Assembly (NCBI GenBank): GCA_963667795.1
Contig: OY764017.1
Location: 1,460,079-1,524,078 of the forward strand
Direction: 5' to 3'
DNA length: 64,000 nucleotides
Source: Christensenellaceae bacterium
Lineage (GTDB): Bacteria > Bacillota > Clostridia > Christensenellales > CAG-138
The notes under the pieces are model-generated. The model was not told the DNA's origin. It saw only the letters and a list, made by a program, of their open reading frames with translations, and did not search any database. The position numbers and the translations under genes were made by a program. Numbering within the stretch: position 1 is the stretch's first letter; the number at the start of each line of letters is the position of its first letter. Positions 18,780 through 28,128 of this stretch are shown here, one piece after another.

Positions 18780-19619
18780 TTACCTGAGCGATCTGAGGCT
18801 GTTCTTCACGACGACCTCGACCACATCCAGACGGTAAGCCTTGGAAGCGCGTACGTCGTCGATCGGTGAAACCTCGGTCCGCGCGAGTTTGCCGGCTTCT
18901 TCGATCAGTTGATCGGTCAGATCTTTGCCTTTGACCAGCGCTTCGGTTTTCGGCATACGAACGGGCGTCGGCGCGACCGCACCAAACGCTATGCGATATT
19001 CATCATTGATTTTAACGGCGGTCCCGCAGATGGTCGAAAGATCAACCTCCTTGCGGCGCGCAACTTTTGTGAAAACACCTTTGGCGCCTTCAACATACGG
19101 TACACGGATCGCTGTGACCAGCTCGTCGTCCTTGAGTACGGTTTTACGTACGAATGTGATAAACTCCGCAATCGGGACTTCACGCTTTCCGTCCTTGCTT
19201 TCAAGGCATACGGCTGCATCCATTGCGTAAAGCGGCGTGCCCGTGTCGCAGAGTGGAGATGCGTTGACAATGTTGCCGATACAGGTTGCGCGGTTACGCA
19301 CCTGTGTGCTGCCGATGGATTCGGCGGCATCCGCAAGATACGGATAATATTTTCTTACGCTCTCGTCCTCGGCCAGTCTTGCCACGGTTACGCATGCACC
19401 GATGGTCAGGCCGTTTGTTTTGTCAAATGTGAGCTGGTCAAGCCCCGGGATATGCTTGATGTCAATCACATAATCCGGCGCAATCAGCTTTTCGCGCAGT
19501 TGAATGACGAGATCCGTTCCGCCGTTGAACAATACGGCCGCTTTTCCATACTGCGCACGCAGTTCGGAAGCTTCCGCAATCGTCTTCGGCTGTAGATAAT
19601 CAAACTCCTTCATTTGCAA
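18780..19619 (-). CDS. FAD-binding medium subunit (CoxM/XdhB-like)
   Basis: 279 aa. FAD_binding_5-type N-terminus (FDYLQPKTIAEA..NGGTDL); first gene of the three-subunit set. Confidence 0.85.
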   Translation of the reverse strand: MQMKEFDYLQPKTIAEASELRAQYGKAAVLFNGGTDLVIQLREKLIAPDYVIDIKHIPGLDQLTFDKTNGLTIGACVTVARLAEDESVRKYYPYLADAAESIGSTQVRNRATCIGNIVNASPLCDTGTPLYAMDAAVCLESKDGKREVPIAEFITFVRKTVLKDDELVTAIRVPYVEGAKGVFTKVARRKEVDLSTICGTAVKINDEYRIAFGAVAPTPVRMPKTEALVKGKDLTDQLIEEAGKLARTEVSPIDDVRASKAYRLDVVEVVVKNSLRSLR

Positions 19620-19921
19620 CCCTCCGTTGTGTTTCCGGCTGTCTCAAAACGTTATCCTGATTACTCTTTGAAACAGCTTTAACAGATCGTATGCCGTTTC
19701 GTTCTTTTGGAAACCAAAATAAGGCCCCTGAAAAAAACAGATCGGTTCTTCCGTTCCATGGCGGTTTGAAACAGCGCTATGATTAAGCGGCTGATCCCAT
19801 GGAAACGGGTCAACAGGTTCATTCCATTGCGGTCGAGTTCGTTCTTCGTTGATTATGTAACGTGTAGATTATCGTTTTGAAATGCATTTCAATCGTTATG
19901 CGCCGATCCGAACGATCCGCT

Positions 19922-20467
19922 TTACATAACGGTGATTTTTTCGCTGCAATCCTTGGAAACGATAGATGGCAAAGTCACGTTTCGAATATGTTTTTGGTTT
20001 TGTAAGTAGTAATGAAAATTGTCCAAGTCTTTTTGAGAAAATGTTGCTTCGGGATGGTTAAGAATCGAAAAGAATGTGTTTGCGGAGTCGAACAACTGAT
20101 TGGTAATAGCGTTATATTTATTTTTTGAAAGGCTTCCGTTGCTTGCGCGGGCTTGAATGTCGTCCCGCAGCAGATACAGATCCCGCATGGCTGCGAGGAC
20201 GGCGTCGTCCACTGGTTTACCCAGAATTTCCCGCATGAGCATGGTTTGCTCCTCAAGCGGTTTCATTCTCAGCAAATCGCCGCCGAGCGCTTCAACATGA
20301 AGGCTCGCCGTGGCGGAGTCGTCCGTCAGCACGCTGTCCGCAAGATCGCAATAGCGCATTGCGAACCGATCGCATGTCGGCATAAGCTTCCATCGCCTGT
20401 AATAGGATATAAGAAAGAACGCTGCCGCTACGACCGCAACCATCAGAATTGCCAGGTATTGATCCAT
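19922..20467 (-). CDS. hypothetical membrane-anchored protein
   Basis: 181 aa. A single N-terminal TM segment (LAILMVAVVAAAFFLISYY) and an AGGAGG RBS. No family recognised. Confidence 0.5.
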   Translation of the reverse strand: MDQYLAILMVAVVAAAFFLISYYRRWKLMPTCDRFAMRYCDLADSVLTDDSATASLHVEALGGDLLRMKPLEEQTMLMREILGKPVDDAVLAAMRDLYLLRDDIQARASNGSLSKNKYNAITNQLFDSANTFFSILNHPEATFSQKDLDNFHYYLQNQKHIRNVTLPSIVSKDCSEKITVM

Positions 20468-20546
20468 CTGTTCGCCTCCTGTTTACAAAGGAGTCGGAAG
20501 CGACCGGAACGACTCAGCTCGTTCCGGCCGCCCTTGAATTAGTTCA

Positions 20547-21347
20547 TTATACATCATCAAAGCCGTCGAATGCAACGACTCTGGAGATGCAGCTTTCGCC
20601 TTCAACCAACTTCCAAGGAAAGATGCCGATGACGCAGCGTTTGTTGGAAAGTTCTTCAATATCTCCGCCAAGGCACTCTGCATGAATCGCTTCATACGGC
20701 TTGCAGAACAGTTCGATATGCATCGCCTGGTAATGATCCGGCCACGGATACACTTCGTCGAGCGTCTTTCCATACTTTTTTTGGAAAATTGCGTCGCACT
20801 TCTTTGCTTCCATGGGTTCCCAGTCACGAATCTTCGTGTTCATCGGATGATCTGCGCTGCCGCAGTCCACGCCGATCCAGCGAATCTTCTTATCGCGTAC
20901 CCACTGAATGAAATCCAGCGACGGGCCGGGATGCCGCAGCATGTAGCGGCGCTCGTCCGCGGTCGGTGAATCCCAACCATAAATATGATAGCCGGTATTG
21001 ATGATAAGAACGTCTCCTTCTTTCACTTCGACGCGTTTTTCAATATCTTCCGGCGTATAAATACCGAAATCTTCCGCCTGATCGGACAGGTCGACAACGA
21101 CGCCGGGCGCACAAAGCTTTGTGAGCTCAAGCGATGCAACGTCGCGTCCTGCGGTGTCGAAGTGCAGCGGGCCGTCGAGATGCGTACCGACATGGTTGGA
21201 GTGCGTCAGCAGCTGCCCGTTCGCACCGTTGGGCGCTAAACGTTTGAAGAATTTCATCTGAAGCGGTTCATACGTCGGCCACGGCGGCGTGCAGATGCCG
21301 ATTGGGATCGTGAGGTCGTACATCTTGATATCAGACCATTTGCTCAT
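20547..21347 (-). CDS. cyclase-family protein (kynurenine formamidase-like metal hydrolase)
   Basis: 266 aa. HSNHVGTHLDGPLHF matches the HxGTHxDxPxH cyclase-family motif. Confidence 0.85.
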   Translation of the reverse strand: MSKWSDIKMYDLTIPIGICTPPWPTYEPLQMKFFKRLAPNGANGQLLTHSNHVGTHLDGPLHFDTAGRDVASLELTKLCAPGVVVDLSDQAEDFGIYTPEDIEKRVEVKEGDVLIINTGYHIYGWDSPTADERRYMLRHPGPSLDFIQWVRDKKIRWIGVDCGSADHPMNTKIRDWEPMEAKKCDAIFQKKYGKTLDEVYPWPDHYQAMHIELFCKPYEAIHAECLGGDIEELSNKRCVIGIFPWKLVEGESCISRVVAFDGFDDV

Positions 21348-21460
21348 TTTTGTTTGCCTCCTAACATGCTTTTGAGTTTATTTCGATAGCTTCAATCCCA
21401 TATGTATCATACTCCGCAACGGAGTCGGGATTCGTTGTAAGAACAACGATTTTCGAGAAA

Positions 21461-22885
21461 TTATCCCCAGGCCTGTGCGCAGGCTTCCAGCGCCGTTTTA
21501 AAGCACTCTTCCGGAGGATGTACCAGTCCCGCGCCAACCTGACCCACGCCAGGGTCTTTATGCGCTATCCCGGTGTTGATGATTGGACGGATGCCGGTTT
21601 CGATGACTTTCAGCAAGTCGATGCCCGTCGCGCTTCCACGGAAGTTGAGCGCAGGAATCTTGTATGCCTGGCCCTCGCCGACCGTGATTTCATACATCTT
21701 GGTCGAAAAGTTGATTGCGTCGCTGACCTGCCCGCCGACGAACTGGACGATCGCAGGCGCCGCCGCCATGCAAAAACCGCCGATGCCCGCCGTTTCCGTG
21801 ATGCAGGAGTCTCCGAGGTCGGGCGCTGCGTCTTCTTCGTCATATCCGGGGAAATAAAGGCCTTTGACCAATTCCGCCGGACCGGTGAACCACTTGTCCT
21901 TGCCGAGTCCTGCGATGCGGGTACCGAAGTCCGTGCCGTTGCGGCACATGGTCGCCAGCACCGTGCAATACGGAATATCGAAAATCGGGTCCATCGTGCA
22001 TTTCATTGCCGGCATGGAGATGTTCAGGAACGTATGGTTGTTGCCGTTGATGAAGTTATACGCAGCAACCTTTTGTTCCTGCGGTTTGGAGCAGGACATG
22101 ATCGCGGGAACCAATTCGCGAATCAGCAGCGACGTTCCCGCTTCGTTGCGGTTGTGTCCTTCGTCGCCCATCTGCAACAACTTGGATACAAGAACCTTGA
22201 CGTCGATCTCTTTTTTGATCTCCATGGCTTCCTTCAGCACTGGATAGAGTTCCTTCTCCATCCAGCTCAGGCGGTCGAGCACCTCGTTGTCGCAAGCCCC
22301 AAAGCGGAGCACTTTACCGAGACCTTCGTTGACCGTGCAATACGCGCGGTTTCCAAACGCTTTGTTCTCCATGATCCAAACCGGCATGCTGTATGTAACC
22401 ACGCCCGCCATCGGCCCGACAGCATCGTGCATGTGGCAGGGCTCAAACTTGATTTCGCCACTGGCGGCAAGTTTTTCCGCCTCTTCCAAATCGTTCGCAA
22501 GGCCTTCGTAGATAAGTCCGCCCATAACGGCGCCGCGCTGCGGCCCACACATGCGTTCCCATGTGACCGGCGGGCCTGCGTGTAAAATCGTCTTCTTCGT
22601 CATGCCGGGGATGGTGTCGCCCGCGATGCCGAGGCCGATCAATGTCGGCTGTGCAGCGAGGATGCGGCGGAGCGCTTCCTGATTTGCTTCTGCAATCTTC
22701 TGCGCCAGTTCCGGCTTTTTCAACTTACGCAGATTGCCCGCGGCAACCTTGTCGCCGCCCGCAATCGGTTTCCAGTCTACATGCACGGCGGCTTCCTTCT
22801 GGCTGATCAGGTCGTCGTAAAACGACTCTATACCGAAGTTGACAACGTGCAGTTTCTTTCCGAATAATTCGTTTAATTTACTCAT
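21461..22885 (-). CDS. DUF1116 protein (E. coli YlbE/AllG-like)
   Basis: The ORF runs to 22915. ATG 22885 (MSKLNELFGKK) has an AAGGAGG RBS inside the end of fdrA. The overall sequence resembles YlbE (by eye). Confidence 0.75.
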   Translation of the reverse strand: MSKLNELFGKKLHVVNFGIESFYDDLISQKEAAVHVDWKPIAGGDKVAAGNLRKLKKPELAQKIAEANQEALRRILAAQPTLIGLGIAGDTIPGMTKKTILHAGPPVTWERMCGPQRGAVMGGLIYEGLANDLEEAEKLAASGEIKFEPCHMHDAVGPMAGVVTYSMPVWIMENKAFGNRAYCTVNEGLGKVLRFGACDNEVLDRLSWMEKELYPVLKEAMEIKKEIDVKVLVSKLLQMGDEGHNRNEAGTSLLIRELVPAIMSCSKPQEQKVAAYNFINGNNHTFLNISMPAMKCTMDPIFDIPYCTVLATMCRNGTDFGTRIAGLGKDKWFTGPAELVKGLYFPGYDEEDAAPDLGDSCITETAGIGGFCMAAAPAIVQFVGGQVSDAINFSTKMYEITVGEGQAYKIPALNFRGSATGIDLLKVIETGIRPIINTGIAHKDPGVGQVGAGLVHPPEECFKTALEACAQAWG

Positions 22886-22898
22886 CGCCGTGCCCTCC

Positions 22899-24461
22899 TT
22901 ACTGTAAGTTGGCAAGCACGCGCTGAACGAACCGCGTTGCCTGCGCGTTGCTCGGCAGCACGACCGCGCCCGCTTCTTCCAGCTGCTTCTGTGTTTTGCT
23001 CAGACACTGCGGGTCGCCTTCCGTGCCGCAGACCGCACAAACGCAGCAAAGGTGCCTTCCCTGCTTTTCCGCTTCGGCTTTGGCTTCTTTAATTGCCGCC
23101 GCAAGGTCTTCCGCAGGATTCGGATGCGAGCCGTAGCCGATGACACAATCCGTCATGATCACCGCACACTCTGGGTCTTTGCCGTCCACAATCACGCGTT
23201 CGGCGCGCAGGCTCGGGTCAATCATCGGGTGCGGGCGGCCGACAGTAAATTCGTCGTCACCAAAGTCGAGGAATGTGTGCTCCCGGCTCTTGCCGCCCTT
23301 TGCATCGGGTAATTTGTCCTCCGTGTGCAGCGGAATATTGCTATAAATATGCTCAAGACTGCTGATCATGAGCTTCATGGCTTCGTCGCAAAGCGTGCCG
23401 CCGGTATAGAATCCGCGCACATACTTCTGTCCTTTTGCCATCTTGCCCGCAATCTCTTTTGCAAGCGCATCCGCCTTATCGTCACCCATCGTGAACTCGA
23501 CGAAGTCCGCAACCGGCTTCCCTTTGCTGATTGCGACGGCTTTGTGCGCCGCGTCCTCCAGCGAAACCGCAGCCGTCAGCCCAAAGGACTCGATTTCCTT
23601 GCGATCCCCGCCAATAAAGTTAACGACGACCGGCTTGCCTGCCTTAGCGGCGATACCAAGAATCTCGGTCGCAATCTCTTTGGCCGGGGGTTTGCTGATG
23701 AGCACGATCACCTTCGTCTTCGGATCATTGATCAGTGCGTCAAGGCCAAGTTTCATCATAAGACCGCCGATTTCCTTCTTCAGATCGCGACCGCCAGTGC
23801 CAAGCACCTGACTGACCCCGCCGCCAAGCTGGTCGACGATGCTGGAAACTTCCTGCGTGCCCGTGCCGGATGCGGCGACGATGCCGATGTTACCGGACGC
23901 AACCACGTTTGCAAACGCAAGGGGCACATTATTGACAATCGCCGTTCCACAGTCCGGTCCCATCATAAGCAATTCGCGCTCATATGCATATTGCTTGAGC
24001 GCGCGCTCTTCGTCGATGGTCACATTGTCTGAGAACAGCATAACGTTGATACCGTTGTCGAGGCAGCTCTGCGCAACATCCGCGGCAAACTTGCCGGGAA
24101 CGGAGATGACCGCCATGTTCAGCTCGGGATCGATCTTAATCGCGCCCTCGAGCGTCGGCGGCATATACGCAGCAGCTTTGGATTCCGTCTTTTTATTGAG
24201 CAGCTGCTCAACCGTGTTCATCACCTCGTCGAACACCGCTTCGTCGGCGCATTCCACGGCGACAAAGAAGTCGTTTGCGCCAACTTGCTCGTTGAACTCC
24301 GGCGTAGCAACGCCGATGTTGTGCGCGATCTCAATGTTGAGGTCCGTGCCCATGCCGACCAGCGCTTCGCTCACGCCGTCGAGTTTTTTGAGTTCTTTGG
24401 AGATGAGCATGAGGGTTACGGAATCATAATAGGCATTTTTTCTGATTTCCAGTTGAACCAC
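22899..24461 (-). CDS. fdrA: FdrA-family acyl-CoA synthetase-like protein (AllF-like; succinyl-CoA-synthetase-alpha fold)
   Basis: 520 aa. The N-terminus KNAYYDSVTLMLISKELKKL is typical of FdrA; CoA-binding/ligase-type GxG-rich segments are present. Confidence 0.8.
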   Translation of the reverse strand: MVQLEIRKNAYYDSVTLMLISKELKKLDGVSEALVGMGTDLNIEIAHNIGVATPEFNEQVGANDFFVAVECADEAVFDEVMNTVEQLLNKKTESKAAAYMPPTLEGAIKIDPELNMAVISVPGKFAADVAQSCLDNGINVMLFSDNVTIDEERALKQYAYERELLMMGPDCGTAIVNNVPLAFANVVASGNIGIVAASGTGTQEVSSIVDQLGGGVSQVLGTGGRDLKKEIGGLMMKLGLDALINDPKTKVIVLISKPPAKEIATEILGIAAKAGKPVVVNFIGGDRKEIESFGLTAAVSLEDAAHKAVAISKGKPVADFVEFTMGDDKADALAKEIAGKMAKGQKYVRGFYTGGTLCDEAMKLMISSLEHIYSNIPLHTEDKLPDAKGGKSREHTFLDFGDDEFTVGRPHPMIDPSLRAERVIVDGKDPECAVIMTDCVIGYGSHPNPAEDLAAAIKEAKAEAEKQGRHLCCVCAVCGTEGDPQCLSKTQKQLEEAGAVVLPSNAQATRFVQRVLANLQ

Positions 24462-24463
24462 TT

Positions 24464-25357
24464 TTATTTCCCTCCATCATGATGTGCTATGGCGAGTATC
24501 AGTCCTGTGAGTATGTCGCCACCGGATGTCGAACCGATCGACATCACGCGCGCCGCCGCCCGCCGGACTGTCTCGTCGTCCGCGTTGGAAAATACGGAAC
24601 TAATCAGCGTGAGGACGGCGTCATTGGCAAGTCCTTCGCCGCTTTGCCGCAAAAACGCAGCGCTGACGCGTGTCGTTCTTTCCGCCGCACGCTTTGCCAT
24701 TTGGGACAGGAGCGTATCCTTCCCTTGTTTGTTCTGTACACGCCATAAAACGCGTAGCATCGTAAAGTATCCCGTCAGCAAATCGTCCGACGACGGTGTC
24801 AGCCCAACGCCGCAGCCCGCCATGCGTCCGGCGACATGCAACGCACGCGCTTCGTCGCCGAAGGAGATTGCGTTCGTCAGCTCCAACAATCGCGGTTTTA
24901 AAAATTCACTGTAGACATTCCCACCGTTGCCCGTTGCCAGTGCGGAAATACCGAATTCAGCATCCGCATTTCCGAGTGCGTCCCGTAAAATCGGAAGTCT
25001 GTCTGCCACCGATCGCCGCATAACGGCGATTGTGTCCACACTCAGGTCTTTTCGCCCGGAACCGGAAAAATCAATTTCGATTCCGGCTCCGGAAATTTTG
25101 ACTCTTCCATCCGCAATCGTCGCTTCCATGCCGTTGCAGATGCCGAACCACGTCAGCAAAACGTCTGTCCGCAGGGACACGGCATACGGCGTTAAAGGTC
25201 TGTCGTCTTTTATCAGTCCGATCAGTCCGTCGTTCCCGTTTGGCGCAATGTTAACCGCATGGTCAAACACGGAATGTACCGTGCCGCCGATCGGTTCCCG
25301 CTTTGCCATGTACGCGAGTCGACTGCAGATCGCGACCGCCTGGATTGATTGCTTCAT
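24464..25357 (-). CDS. DUF2877 protein (YlbF/AllH-like)
   Basis: 297 aa, 2 nt upstream of fdrA. The sequence pattern (SVFDHAVNI.., GxGxTPSxDD) resembles the DUF2877 family. Confidence 0.65.
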   Translation of the reverse strand: MKQSIQAVAICSRLAYMAKREPIGGTVHSVFDHAVNIAPNGNDGLIGLIKDDRPLTPYAVSLRTDVLLTWFGICNGMEATIADGRVKISGAGIEIDFSGSGRKDLSVDTIAVMRRSVADRLPILRDALGNADAEFGISALATGNGGNVYSEFLKPRLLELTNAISFGDEARALHVAGRMAGCGVGLTPSSDDLLTGYFTMLRVLWRVQNKQGKDTLLSQMAKRAAERTTRVSAAFLRQSGEGLANDAVLTLISSVFSNADDETVRRAAARVMSIGSTSGGDILTGLILAIAHHDGGK

Positions 25358-25394
25358 GAGCGCTTTGTCAATTCAAAAACATCTTTCAGAAGGC

Positions 25395-25760
25395 TTAAGC
25401 CTTCTGAAAGATGAATCCATATTCCTTGGAATCAATGGTTTCTTTATAGAGGATGCGGCGCGTGCGAACGACACCAACAGTCGCGACAAGTTCCATGCCG
25501 CTTTCAATGCCGTCGTCAAAGCCGATCTGCCCGGTCGCGCGGACACCGTTTTCAAACTCGACAATGCCGAAGTTCAACCACGGGCACATATAGCCTTCCG
25601 GCAGGTTGTATACGCGCGTCCAAGTCAACAGTTTGCACTTGCCTTCCAGCGGGATTTCTTCAAACTCGCGACCGTCACAGTCTGGATTCTGGCAGACGAT
25701 GTAGCGAGGATGATGCAGTTTGCCGCATTTTTTGCACTTGTATGCGTACATTTGTTCCAT
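25395..25760 (-). CDS. DUF35 Zn-ribbon/OB-fold protein
   Basis: 121 aa. CKKCGK..CQNPDC zinc ribbon followed by an OB-like region. It lies directly downstream of the thiolase-like gene, as in known thiolase/DUF35 pairs. Confidence 0.85.
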   Translation of the reverse strand: MEQMYAYKCKKCGKLHHPRYIVCQNPDCDGREFEEIPLEGKCKLLTWTRVYNLPEGYMCPWLNFGIVEFENGVRATGQIGFDDGIESGMELVATVGVVRTRRILYKETIDSKEYGFIFQKA

Positions 25761-25773
25761 TTCATTCTCCTCC

Positions 25774-26970
25774 TTACTTCGTGGTCAGAATCGTGGAAAC
25801 GACGTTGTTGCCGAATCCGCCGAAGTTCACGGCCAGGCCGGTTTTTGCGCCTTCCACTTGACGGTCGGTCGCTTCACCGCGGAGCTGCTTGACCAGCTCG
25901 ACAATCTGCGAAACACCCGTTGCGCCCAGTGGATGGCCCTTTGCCTTCAGCCCGCCGGATGTGTTGACCGGTATCTTTCCGCCGATTTGCGTGTCGCCTC
26001 TGCGCACGGCAAGATGTCCTTCACCGCGCGGGAAGAACCCGACTTCCTCAGCTTCCTCGATCTCGAGGATTTGGAATGCGTCGTGCAGTTCAGCCACATC
26101 GATATCGTCCGGACCCATGCCCGCCATCTCATACGCTTTCTGTGCGCTCATGCGGACGGCCAATAGATCGGTCGGCACCTCGCGGTTGGCAACAACGTGC
26201 GTGTCAGTCGCGGATGCGATGCCCGCAACACGAACGAACTTCTTCTCGCCAAAGCCGAACTCTTCCTGCTTATCCTTGGCAACGAGCAACACAGCGGCCG
26301 CGCCGTCGGAAACGGGGCACATATCAAACTGCCGCAACGGATCAGCCACGAGCGGGTTGGTCGCGTTGATATAGGCCGGGTTCGTGATGCGCTCCAGCAC
26401 TACCTTACGCTGGATATGTGAAACCGGATTGTGGCACGCGTTCTCATGGTTCTTGACGGCGACGATTGCAAGGTCCTTGCTCTCCACGCCGAATTTATCC
26501 ATGCAAAGGCGGGTGAACAGTCCCGCAAACGACGGGAGCGTACAACCGTATTTATACTCTGCATCGGGATGCAGCATAGTCGCAACAAAATCCGTGCCTT
26601 CCCATCCACTGACCGCGCGCATGCCTTCACCGCCGATGACCAGCACACAGTCGCTCATGCCGGAGGCAATCGCCATCACACCGAGCTTGACCGCGGAAGC
26701 ACCGGACGCCGGTCCGTTTTCAACGGTTTCCGCACCGGCCGGTCGAATATTCAACGCATCCACAACCGCGCTGGCAGCGCCGCTGATACGGCTGACCATA
26801 CCGGAACCCATCGATCCGACAAACACCTGATCGATAACGTTCCTGCGTCCCGTTTTGGCGCCTGCATCGTCCATTGCCTGAAGCGCCGCCTCGCAAAGCA
26901 TATCAAGGAACGGAACGGTGGACTTTCCGAACTTGGTATGGCCGACGCCAACGATTCCTACTTGTCTCAT
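25774..26970 (-). CDS. thiolase-fold (SCP2-type) protein that apparently lacks the canonical catalytic cysteines
   Basis: 398 aa. NTSGGLKAKGHPLGATG is retained. However, VENGPASGAS sits where thiolases carry ..C-A-S-G.., and ELHDAF sits where SCP2-type thiolases carry HDCF (alignment by eye). Confidence 0.8.
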   Translation of the reverse strand: MRQVGIVGVGHTKFGKSTVPFLDMLCEAALQAMDDAGAKTGRRNVIDQVFVGSMGSGMVSRISGAASAVVDALNIRPAGAETVENGPASGASAVKLGVMAIASGMSDCVLVIGGEGMRAVSGWEGTDFVATMLHPDAEYKYGCTLPSFAGLFTRLCMDKFGVESKDLAIVAVKNHENACHNPVSHIQRKVVLERITNPAYINATNPLVADPLRQFDMCPVSDGAAAVLLVAKDKQEEFGFGEKKFVRVAGIASATDTHVVANREVPTDLLAVRMSAQKAYEMAGMGPDDIDVAELHDAFQILEIEEAEEVGFFPRGEGHLAVRRGDTQIGGKIPVNTSGGLKAKGHPLGATGVSQIVELVKQLRGEATDRQVEGAKTGLAVNFGGFGNNVVSTILTTK

Positions 26971-26999
26971 TTCCCTTTTCCTTTCTTCCGTGTAACGAA

Positions 27000-27671
27000 T
27001 TAAACCTTAATCTGGGCAGGCATACGCGCGATTTTATTCGCCTCGATAACGTCTTCAAAAGCAGGACGGATACCGACGTTTTTGTTCGCCTTATGTTTCT
27101 CCCAGAGTGCGCGCGTCAAAACGAAAGTAGGCACGCCGCCGAGTTCATGCGGGGACTGCGGACGGGATTCGAGTTCATACTCGATCATCCAGCGTTTGAA
27201 TCCGTTCGGGCTCTCCGCGACGATCCAAACTTCGTCCTGATTCATAAAGTCAAAATGATATTCCATCTTGGCGGCAAACAATTGCGCGCCGACGCGTGCA
27301 CCACGCTTGAGCGTCATGGTGTGGTAGCTCATGCCGACTTTTTCGTTGACCATGCGGCCGTTCACGATGCCGGCGACTTCGCCGTCAACCAAGCCCAGGA
27401 ACAGGTATTCGTCCTGTACGCGGTAGCGCAGCATCCCGAGCAGCTCCGCAACGATACGAGCGGAAACGATGTCGTAAAAATCTTTTTCGTGGTCAAGCAG
27501 AACCTTGATACCATTCATGACCATTTCCGTTTCTTCACGGGTCGCTTCACGAACGAGCATGTCTTCGCCGGTCGTCAGCGGAATAACTTTTGGTTCGTAG
27601 GGTTTTAACCCGATTGTCGGTGGCCGAAGCGTAGCTTCCATTTCGTCTACGGAGATATCATACTTGCTCAT
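27000..27671 (-). CDS. hypothetical protein, GNAT-like acyltransferase fold suspected
   Basis: 223 aa, first gene of the operon. The segment GLVDGEVAGIVNG..LKRGARVGAQLF resembles GNAT motif A. Weak assignment. Confidence 0.45.
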   Translation of the reverse strand: MSKYDISVDEMEATLRPPTIGLKPYEPKVIPLTTGEDMLVREATREETEMVMNGIKVLLDHEKDFYDIVSARIVAELLGMLRYRVQDEYLFLGLVDGEVAGIVNGRMVNEKVGMSYHTMTLKRGARVGAQLFAAKMEYHFDFMNQDEVWIVAESPNGFKRWMIEYELESRPQSPHELGGVPTFVLTRALWEKHKANKNVGIRPAFEDVIEANKIARMPAQIKV

Positions 27672-28098
27672 ATTGTGTGCCTCCTTTATTGATATGAAGA
27701 GATGTGATAGGATATCGCCTTCATCCGGCGACTACAGCTCTATTGTAGCGTCTAAATGAAGCCTTGTCTAGTATTTCTTGCAAAAATTTTATTTTCAGAT
27801 AAAAACACCTTTCGTTCTTTGATGATTGCTTATTTTCCATCCTTATTTTATTGTTATTCAATAAATATATATCTTTTTGCCCACTAAACAAGGCTTTATA
27901 GCGTTTGCGGCGACGCATTTTGTCCTGCACGCGCATAGATCATATCAATTTTCAATTGCGTTTTTTCGTATGTTCTAGTTATTTATTTAACACTGTGTTT
28001 ATTATTAATGCATATTTTTGTGTACAATCCTGCATTTTGAGTATTGAAATTTCTTTGGGTAGCATTTGAGTTTTATCTGCTGGCGTAGTATACTATTT

Positions 28099-28128
28099 TT
28101 GGTAAATATGTTTCAAAATAGCTATAAT
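28099..28128 (+). promoter_or_regulatory. candidate pfkA promoter
   Basis: TTGGTA, 18-nt spacer, TATAAT (28123-28128), 27 nt upstream of the start codon region. Confidence 0.45.

Noticed and set aside
24927-25892. 321-aa plus-strand ORF spanning the DUF2877/DUF35/thiolase-like genes
   Set aside because: It crosses three well-supported minus-strand genes and their intergenic spacers, so it is a shadow frame.
27721-27936. 71-aa minus-strand ORF in the AT-rich intergenic region
   Set aside because: The product is low-complexity and Lys/Asn-rich, there is no RBS, and the ORF lies in an obvious promoter region.
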